This document shows, in pieces, positions 57,065 to 64,000 of a stretch of DNA of 64,000 bases (positions are counted from its first letter, which is position 1; each line of letters starts with the position of its first letter). The stretch lies in the IMG/VR virus record IMGVR_UViG_3300025896_000021. One strand, written 5' to 3'. Origin of the DNA: a virus (lineage: Duplodnaviria; Heunggongvirae; Uroviricota; Caudoviricetes). The translations under genes and the position numbers were made by a program. The notes under the pieces are model-generated. The model saw nothing but the letters and a program-made list of their open reading frames with translations. It had not been told where the DNA came from and ran no database searches.

Positions 57065-59704
57065 ATGGCTACTTCAGGCTCAACTAGAATTATATCCAGC
57101 GGCGATGGGAAAGATTGGACATTAACCACTACTCTGAACCTAGATACAGGTGAACTCACGTATGACGTAAACGGTAGTTCGGGAAGACTTATATACAGTG
57201 GATCATATGAATCAGTAATGTCAGGAGTTGATGCTACTATCGCCGCCCCTGAAACGCTCGCTAGTGTTCGAGATTTCTTTGGTATTTTAAAAACTGAGCT
57301 AGAGAGTTCAAACTCAACTTGGGCATCACAAGCAGCCGACACTAAAGAAGCCTTAAAAAACAAAGTACCTGAGCCACCAAAAGAGTCTTCGACTTCTGCC
57401 CCCGACCCAACAAAAGCACCTGCAACAGCAGACGGGGATAAAACTGGTGACAGCACTACCACAACTTCATCCGCGCCAGCAACTGCTGCTACTTCGTCTA
57501 CTACAACACCTAATTCAGGAACTACTACTGCCGGCAGCGCCGGCAGTAGTCCAGCATCTGACCCTTCATCAATCATAGGTAAACGAACTTACAATCCTTT
57601 AGGTGACTTCAGCAGTTATACATACAAGATCGGTTTGTATATGATGAATCCAGAAGAGTTTAACTCGTATATGGGCGGAGATTATACAAAGATAAGCAGT
57701 TTCAAATTAATAGCACAAAGTGGAGGCATCACTGACGCACTAGACAGTAAACGTGCACCGGGCTTTGACTTGGACTTATATATTGATGACTTAGAAATTG
57801 GAACTAAAATCAATAGTAAAGAAACGATGACCGCAACAAACTCTATTGAGTTTAAATTTAAAATCTATGAGCCGTATGGTTTTAGTTTCCCTAATCAATT
57901 AGTAAAAGCACAAGTTGCTGCACAAAAAGGTAGAGCAGCAGCACCGGGGGCAAATGCTACCCCTGTCAATCAAATAACAGCACTAACTGAAAATTTTCTA
58001 CTGACAATTAAATTTTACGGATATGACAAGGATGGCAAACTAGTTACTTCTGCTGATTATCCGCGTGCAGATATAACCTCATCTGATACGCAGGCTGTGT
58101 TTGAAAGAGGATTTCCTATCAGGATTAAAGATTTTAAGTTCAAGCTAGAAAACAAAGTTACGGTGTATAATATTACAGCCGTGCAAGTAGCAGAGCAAGT
58201 TTCAAAAGGCACTAAGTTAGGTACATTACCGTCTAACGTAACTATTGCAGGAGAAACAGTGCAGGACGTTCTAGTTGGCGCAGGACAAGATTCAACGAAG
58301 AAGGCTATCTTGGGTTTGGTTCAAGCATTGAATGCAGCCGAAGTAGAACATGTTAAAAAAGAAAACTACACTTATCCAAACGTATATAAGATCGAGTTTG
58401 AAAAGGGTACGGCTATCGGCGATGCTAGAATGGTACCAAAAGAATACTATGTAAAGGAAAGAGCTCCTTTTAGTTCAATACAAAACCCCGAAGGTAGTAA
58501 CGAACGAACTGCTTGGAAAAACAAATTAGGAAGTGTTGACAAAGCAGTACGCACTGTTGAATTGCAAGCAGGTACTTCTATCATACAAGCAATAGACCAG
58601 ATCATAACTCAAAGTGAGTACTTGAAAAATATGATGACTGCTATCGATAAAGAAATAGATCAGCCTATAAAGAACACTGACTCTACTGTGGATAAGAATC
58701 CTAGTCCAAAGATATTATCTTGGTACAGTATAATTCCTAAGGTTAAAATTAACTCTACTACTAAAGATCCAAAGCGCAATGATTACGCATATGAAATAAC
58801 CTATAAGGTACAAGAATATCAAATCCCCTACATACGAGCAATGTACGCTAGTTCTACTAGCCCGTACTATGGTCCGCACAAGAAATACAATTATTGGTAT
58901 ACTGGAAAAAATACTGAGGTTCTGAGTTATGAGCAAGACTTCAATTTGTTGTATACTACAGAAGGAGCGTCATCTAGTGAGGCTAAACCATCAACTACCC
59001 AATCAGCGCCCACGACACTTAAGTCTGGTCAAAACGTTGATTCAGTCAATAGTAAATCTGGAACAAATGATGTTATCAACAGTGTTAAGTCATTCTTGTA
59101 CAGCCCAAACGACCTGCTTAAATTTAAACTAAGAGTATTAGGAGATCCAGACTATCTTATGCCATCTATCGGTAGCGGCGGCGGAGATGGGGCAGAAAAA
59201 TGGTATGGTAAAGGTTTCTCTATTAATCCTAATAGCGGTCAAATTTTCATTGAGATATATTTTGAACAAGCAGAAGATTACAACACTTCTTCTGGATTGC
59301 TAGCACCCAATGGTGACATTCAATTCATGAACTATCCGCCTGAACTTAAATCAAAAATAAAAGGTATGGTCTATATGTTATCTGATGTGACTAGTACCTT
59401 TAGTAAAGGCAAGTTCGAGCAAACGCTGAAAGGTATCATACCTGAATTTGCACAAGCAGGAGCAAAGGCCCCAACTACACCGCCAGCAGCAGCTAACGCT
59501 AGAACCGATGCAGCTACCCCAGCCGCTACAGCACCAGATCAATCTTCCGCTGAAGACGCTAGGTTATCTAGAGCTACAGTTCCTAGCTCAGAGACAACAA
59601 CGACAGCAGCGACCACTGCCGAAGCAACAGCACCGACAACTACATCCGGCACTAGTGCATCATCTGGTAACCAAGCAGTAGCCGACGATGACGCTGGTAC
59701 ATAA
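57065..59704 (+). CDS. Baseplate hub protein (gp27/VgrG-N-like)
   Basis: Lies just before gp5; 'LRVLGDPDY' and 'TSTFSKGKFEQTL' hub-type C-terminus. Confidence 0.6.
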   Translation: MATSGSTRIISSGDGKDWTLTTTLNLDTGELTYDVNGSSGRLIYSGSYESVMSGVDATIAAPETLASVRDFFGILKTELESSNSTWASQAADTKEALKNKVPEPPKESSTSAPDPTKAPATADGDKTGDSTTTTSSAPATAATSSTTTPNSGTTTAGSAGSSPASDPSSIIGKRTYNPLGDFSSYTYKIGLYMMNPEEFNSYMGGDYTKISSFKLIAQSGGITDALDSKRAPGFDLDLYIDDLEIGTKINSKETMTATNSIEFKFKIYEPYGFSFPNQLVKAQVAAQKGRAAAPGANATPVNQITALTENFLLTIKFYGYDKDGKLVTSADYPRADITSSDTQAVFERGFPIRIKDFKFKLENKVTVYNITAVQVAEQVSKGTKLGTLPSNVTIAGETVQDVLVGAGQDSTKKAILGLVQALNAAEVEHVKKENYTYPNVYKIEFEKGTAIGDARMVPKEYYVKERAPFSSIQNPEGSNERTAWKNKLGSVDKAVRTVELQAGTSIIQAIDQIITQSEYLKNMMTAIDKEIDQPIKNTDSTVDKNPSPKILSWYSIIPKVKINSTTKDPKRNDYAYEITYKVQEYQIPYIRAMYASSTSPYYGPHKKYNYWYTGKNTEVLSYEQDFNLLYTTEGASSSEAKPSTTQSAPTTLKSGQNVDSVNSKSGTNDVINSVKSFLYSPNDLLKFKLRVLGDPDYLMPSIGSGGGDGAEKWYGKGFSINPNSGQIFIEIYFEQAEDYNTSSGLLAPNGDIQFMNYPPELKSKIKGMVYMLSDVTSTFSKGKFEQTLKGIIPEFAQAGAKAPTTPPAAANARTDAATPAATAPDQSSAEDARLSRATVPSSETTTTAATTAEATAPTTTSGTSASSGNQAVADDDAGT

Positions 59705-59728
59705 TACTAAATTTAATAAGAGAATACA

Positions 59729-62700
59729 ATGAGTGAAGACATCCAAAAAGTACGTGGTACGATAAGCAACTACAAAGATGACCGCGGTGGAGCGAACACT
59801 ATTCCCAGCGCAGTGTTGGGTATTGTTAAAGATAACATTGATCCAAATCGTTCAGGTAGGATTAGAGTTTATCTAAAGAGATTAGATGCCGGTAATGAAA
59901 ACGATCCCAATGGATGGAAGTATGTAAGTTATTTGAGTCCATTCTTTGGATCGACCCCTAACACTGCTAGTTCTAAAGCTGAAGGTGATTATATTGGTAA
60001 TCCGCAGAGTTATGGTTTCTGGGCGACCCCACCTGATATCGGTACTGAAGTAGTTTGCCTTTTCTTGAACGGGGTAGCAGACGCCGGGTACTATATTGGA
60101 TGTATCCCTGGCCAAGGCATGACACACATGGTACCTGCTATTGGGTCGAGCGATAGCATCATTGCAAACAACTCCGGTGAAGCAGATAGTTATGGCGGCG
60201 CAACTAGATTACCTGTAGGCGAGATTAATAATGCCAACCAGAAGCAAGATAATAATTCTATCCTGACTTCACAACCAAGACCCATTCATAGTTATCAAGC
60301 TGCGATACTAAACAAGCAAGGTCTTATTCGTGATCCTGATAGAGGCACGATTGGTAGTACTAGTGTACGTGAAAGCCCTAGTCGTGTGTTTGGTATCAGC
60401 ACCCCGGGCAGACCTATCTATGAAGGTGGATATGATGACACTACTATTGCCGATGCGGTCAAAGATGATAAAATCCCTGATAAGAACTTTAAAGTAGTTA
60501 GTCGTAGAGGTGGTCATAGTGTTGTGTTAGATGACGGTGATCTACAAGGAAAAGATCAATTAGTCAGACTTAGGACTGCCGGCGGACATATGATAATGAT
60601 GAATGACAGTATTCAATCACTGTTCATCGTTCACGCTAATGGACAAAGTTATATTGAGTTAGGACGTGAGGGTACTATTGATATGTACGCTACAAACAGT
60701 GTCAACATTCGCACTCAGGGCGACTTGAACTTACACGCAGACAATGACGTGAATATTCACGCCGCTAAGAATTTCAACGTTAATGCTGAAAATATAAAAA
60801 TGGAAAGTAGTAAAGAAACTACTAGCTTTGTTGGGACTAATTATAAGCAGCAAGTTAAAGCTGACCTTACTGTCAAAGTAGATAGCAAGATGAGTTTTAC
60901 TAGCAACGGTGATAGTAGTTTTAAAAGTGCAGCAATCAACTATATCAATGGTAGCAAAGTTAATTTGAATACAGGTTCAAGTGGGTTAGTACCATCAGAT
61001 GTTAAACAACAACCGTTAGTAGCACATACTGACACGTTGTACGATAGTAAGAAAGGCTACGCGGCAGCGCCAGGTAAGTTGCCTAGTATTGTTAGTCGAG
61101 CACCCGCACATAGTCCATGGGCTGCTGCCGGGCAAGGTGTAAATGTTAAGACTGACATAAGTGCAGATTCAAATCTGCCAGCAGCACCATCGTCTTCCTT
61201 GTCTGCGGTTAATAATAGCACCCCTGCTGTGCCACCAGCTGGAGTATCACCGGCAATATCAGCAACAGTACCTAACGTTGCAGCAGTATCAAAACAGATT
61301 GACAAAGCTACGACTAGCGCAATGGTTTCTCAAATGGCAGTCAACGCTGCGACAGGAGCAGCAAAAGATGCAGTGGCATCAGCGGCCGGCGTAGTAAACA
61401 TTGCTGGAGAAAAGATAGCTAGCGTTGGTATGTTTGGATTGAATCCTACTCAGCTAGTGGCAGCAGGAACATTAAAGCCAGGGTCAGATACCATCATTAA
61501 TGCGGGCATTGCAGCAGGAAAATCATTAGAAGCAGCAATGCCAACTAACTTGTTTACTGGATTGAACGGAGTCAAGAGTGCTACACAATTCATTAGCAAT
61601 CCATCAGCGCAAGCAGCAAGTGCAGTTTCATTGTTGCAAAAAGGTGAAGCCGCACTAAAGTCTACTGGTATTATTACTGGGCTAGAAAGTCCTACTCAAA
61701 CTGCCGGCCTTGTATTGAGTTCGGCTACTGCTGGTATAGATAAAACTATGGATTTTGTGAAATCAGCCGGAGTACCAGGTGGTGCCGCAGCTAGTGCCGC
61801 ACTAGGTGGAGCAACTGCGGCGCTAGGTGGATTAAAATTACCAGGTAACTTGTCTGCAATGTCAGGCTCAGTTAAAGACATAATCTCAGGTGGCAATTTT
61901 GCAGCTAATATGGCTGACAAAGTTACTGGTCCACTTAGTGGATTGCCAGTAGCAGACCAACTTAAGGGAGCAGCATCAGCGGCGTTTAGTAAAGTAACTG
62001 AATCATTCAAATCACTAGCTAAAGTGGGATCGCCTATTAATTTGACCGCGGTCAAAGCAAAGAATGATGAGGCGCAAGCAGCAGCAGAGACTAAAGGAGA
62101 TGCTCCTTCCCCCTCACAAATTGCAGCCAACGCTTCATTGAATGCTAAACTAACTTCTGCGTTGGGATTTGGAGCCGGAGGAACATCGGCGTCTATTCTA
62201 GGTGGAATGGGAGACAAGATCAAATCCGCTACATCAGGCATCACTGACCCTAGTAAGTTAGTATCATCTACTATGACTGCGTTAGGAGCAGCTACAAAGA
62301 GTTTTGGAGTAGATACTAGCGGATTAAGTAATCTTCCAGGTGGCGCATCAGCTATATCAAATGTAGTAAACTTGGGCCCTGTAGCTAAAGCTATTGGCGG
62401 GGATTTATCCTCTGCATTGTCAGCCGGTAGTTCTTTAGCAGCGGGTGCAAATAAATTAGTATCAGGGGCAATTGATGTTCCTGGGTTACCTAGCATCCCC
62501 GGATTACCCAATGTACCGGGTAGTGGCGAACTAGCGGGGGCGATTGGTAAAGTAACTGGATCATTGGGAGGCTCGATGGGCGGCGTTACTGATGCATTGG
62601 CTGGATTGAAATCTAAATTGGGTGGAGCTTCAGGCCTACAAGCCTTAGCAGGCACCGGCCTCGGCGCAAAAAGCATGGCGTTACTCAGTAGTTCTATTAA

Positions 62701-63073
62701 TTCAATTGGTACAGGTGGTCCAGTAGAAGTTAAACTACCGACAGTCGCAAAAGACAGTTTTGACTTTGGTCCAATGATGGCACAAGCTAAATCACTGTTA
62801 GGCAATCCAAAGATTCCTGCACTGCCGTTCGGTACTATACCAGCTGGATCATTTAAAACGCCTACTTCAGCACAAGTCGTAGAGTATGATAAGTTAAAGG
62901 CAGAGTTGGCGGTACAAGAAGACTTGCAATGGGACCTAAGAAAGACATACTTAGACTTGAAGGGTAAAAAAGGTCCAGATGATTCGTCAACTACTACTGC
63001 ATATGCTTCTTGGCAAGATAATGTCAAAAAGATAGAAACAATACGTCAAGACATGTCCAAAGTTGTGACATAA
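59729..63073 (+). CDS. gp5: Baseplate central spike (gp5-like) with a long C-terminal extension
   Basis: OB-fold 'GIVKDNIDP...GRIRVY', 'PPDIGTEV...F', 'GH...DD', 'RLRT.GGH', then beta-helix repeats. Confidence 0.8.
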   Translation: MSEDIQKVRGTISNYKDDRGGANTIPSAVLGIVKDNIDPNRSGRIRVYLKRLDAGNENDPNGWKYVSYLSPFFGSTPNTASSKAEGDYIGNPQSYGFWATPPDIGTEVVCLFLNGVADAGYYIGCIPGQGMTHMVPAIGSSDSIIANNSGEADSYGGATRLPVGEINNANQKQDNNSILTSQPRPIHSYQAAILNKQGLIRDPDRGTIGSTSVRESPSRVFGISTPGRPIYEGGYDDTTIADAVKDDKIPDKNFKVVSRRGGHSVVLDDGDLQGKDQLVRLRTAGGHMIMMNDSIQSLFIVHANGQSYIELGREGTIDMYATNSVNIRTQGDLNLHADNDVNIHAAKNFNVNAENIKMESSKETTSFVGTNYKQQVKADLTVKVDSKMSFTSNGDSSFKSAAINYINGSKVNLNTGSSGLVPSDVKQQPLVAHTDTLYDSKKGYAAAPGKLPSIVSRAPAHSPWAAAGQGVNVKTDISADSNLPAAPSSSLSAVNNSTPAVPPAGVSPAISATVPNVAAVSKQIDKATTSAMVSQMAVNAATGAAKDAVASAAGVVNIAGEKIASVGMFGLNPTQLVAAGTLKPGSDTIINAGIAAGKSLEAAMPTNLFTGLNGVKSATQFISNPSAQAASAVSLLQKGEAALKSTGIITGLESPTQTAGLVLSSATAGIDKTMDFVKSAGVPGGAAASAALGGATAALGGLKLPGNLSAMSGSVKDIISGGNFAANMADKVTGPLSGLPVADQLKGAASAAFSKVTESFKSLAKVGSPINLTAVKAKNDEAQAAAETKGDAPSPSQIAANASLNAKLTSALGFGAGGTSASILGGMGDKIKSATSGITDPSKLVSSTMTALGAATKSFGVDTSGLSNLPGGASAISNVVNLGPVAKAIGGDLSSALSAGSSLAAGANKLVSGAIDVPGLPSIPGLPNVPGSGELAGAIGKVTGSLGGSMGGVTDALAGLKSKLGGASGLQALAGTGLGAKSMALLSSSINSIGTGGPVEVKLPTVAKDSFDFGPMMAQAKSLLGNPKIPALPFGTIPAGSFKTPTSAQVVEYDKLKAELAVQEDLQWDLRKTYLDLKGKKGPDDSSTTTAYASWQDNVKKIETIRQDMSKVVT

Positions 63074-63076
63074 ATA
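63070..63076 (+). promoter_or_regulatory. gp55-type late promoter (gp25)
   Basis: ATAAATA overlapping the gp5 stop codon. Confidence 0.55.
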
Positions 63077-63093
63077 CAGTATAGGAACTTATA

Positions 63094-63540
63094 ATGGCAT
63101 CATATATTGGATTTAGTACTAAAAATGTAAACAAAGTTAGAGACTTTGTTGGTACCGGCACTGAAGGCGGGTCTACTCTGCTAGCTAAACCATTCCAACC
63201 GGGTAAGAAATTTAAACTCACTGATGAAGAACTGGTAATCACAGACCTCATCAATGCGTTAAATATACCTCAAGGTCAAAAACCAGGCAAACCTAGCTAT
63301 GGAACTTCACTTTGGTCATTTATTTTTGAACCAAACACTGTAGATGTGCGACAAGCATTATCTAATGAAATCAAACGAGTAGTGCAATTAGATCCTAGAC
63401 TTATTCTGAACACGTTAGAAGTTTTCAACCAAGAAAATGGCATCTTAATTCAACTTGAACTAGCAATTGCGCCGTTCAATGAGGCTTTGACCTTCAGTAT
63501 TTTCTTCGACCCTACGACAAATTCTGCGTTCGGTAGTTAA
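63094..63540 (+). CDS. gp25: Baseplate wedge/sheath initiator (gp25 family)
   Basis: 'DL.N.LN...G.K...P.YGT.LW..IFEP...DPR'. Confidence 0.85.
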   Translation: MASYIGFSTKNVNKVRDFVGTGTEGGSTLLAKPFQPGKKFKLTDEELVITDLINALNIPQGQKPGKPSYGTSLWSFIFEPNTVDVRQALSNEIKRVVQLDPRLILNTLEVFNQENGILIQLELAIAPFNEALTFSIFFDPTTNSAFGS

Positions 63541-63560
63541 AACCGTCACTTTTTCGTATG

Positions 63561-63567
63561 ATAAATA
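63561..63567 (+). promoter_or_regulatory. gp55-type late promoter (gp6)
   Basis: ATAAATA in the gp25-gp6 gap. Confidence 0.6.
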
Positions 63568-63586
63568 CTTAAAAGAGAATTAACTT

Positions 63587-64000
63587 ATGGCTACAAGTTC
63601 AAGACAATCAAGTATATTTGGTGTAAACGATTGGAAAACAATCTATAAAACATACAAACAAGCTGACTTTCAGAGTTACGACTACGAAACCCTTCGTAAA
63701 ACGTTCGTAGACTACCTACGCAAAAACTACCCTGAAACATTCAACGACTACGTAGAGTCTAGTGAATATGTTGCATTATTAGACGTGATGGCATTCATGG
63801 GACAAGCACTTAGCTTCCGTGATGACCTGAACACCCGTGAAAATTTCATTGATACTGCCGAGCGCAGAGATAGCGTTATCAAATTAGCTAACCTAGTTGG
63901 GTACAACCCAAAGCGCAACAATGCAGGTCAGGGCTATATGAAGTTGACCTCAATTCAAACAACTGAGCAAGTCAAAGATATTAATGGATTGAGTTTAAAC
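63587..64000 (+). CDS. gp6: Baseplate wedge protein gp6 (5' part; absent from the ORF track)
   Basis: MATSSRQ...ADFQSYDYETLRK...FNDYVESSE...ENFIDTAERRDSVIKLANLVGYNPKR. Confidence 0.85.
   Translation, partial: MATSSRQSSIFGVNDWKTIYKTYKQADFQSYDYETLRKTFVDYLRKNYPETFNDYVESSEYVALLDVMAFMGQALSFRDDLNTRENFIDTAERRDSVIKLANLVGYNPKRNNAGQGYMKLTSIQTTEQVKDINGLSLN

Noticed and set aside
61696-63027. 443-aa minus-strand ORF, plus other antisense ORFs at 55243-55824 and 57052-57576
   Set aside because: Shadows of Ala/Gly/Ser/Thr-rich plus-strand baseplate genes.
1-64000. Stop-codon reassignment (alternative genetic code)
   Set aside because: Core genes are full length under code 11 and coding density is high; no fragmentation by TAG or TGA.
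1-64000. Host or genus assignment
   Set aside because: No host-diagnostic genes in the window; it would need gp23/gp20 phylogeny and spacer matching.

Overview
A 64-kb segment of a large T4-like (Tevenvirinae-like) myovirus genome, apparently of an uncultured lineage. From 39 to 64 kb it carries the recognisable core. Head genes: gp23, gp22, gp21, gp67/68-like, gp20 portal. Tail genes: a tape-measure-like protein with a C-terminal M15-type peptidase, plus gp26/gp51-like chaperones. Recombination and transcription genes: a resolvase, gp46/gp47 and the late sigma factor gp55. Baseplate genes: gp48/54-, gp53-, gp27-, gp5-, gp25- and gp6-like. Bases 1-39 kb, directly downstream of the major capsid gene, hold 22 co-oriented genes (about 12,800 codons) for repeat-rich fibre/adhesin proteins. 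The most striking observation is in this array: the type of C-terminal domain on one gene predicts the type of N-terminal peptide on the next gene. At least five such C-to-N pair types each recur 2-3 times, which suggests a collinear 'docking code' for assembling a long, branched, modular virion fibre. Other findings are a ~350-nt highly structured ncRNA candidate next to GNA-triloop DNA hairpins, a -1 frameshift site (T_TTT_TTC) joining the gp26- and gp51-like ORFs, and late promoters placed so that several mRNAs would be leaderless. All assignments come from reading motifs by eye; no database searches were run.
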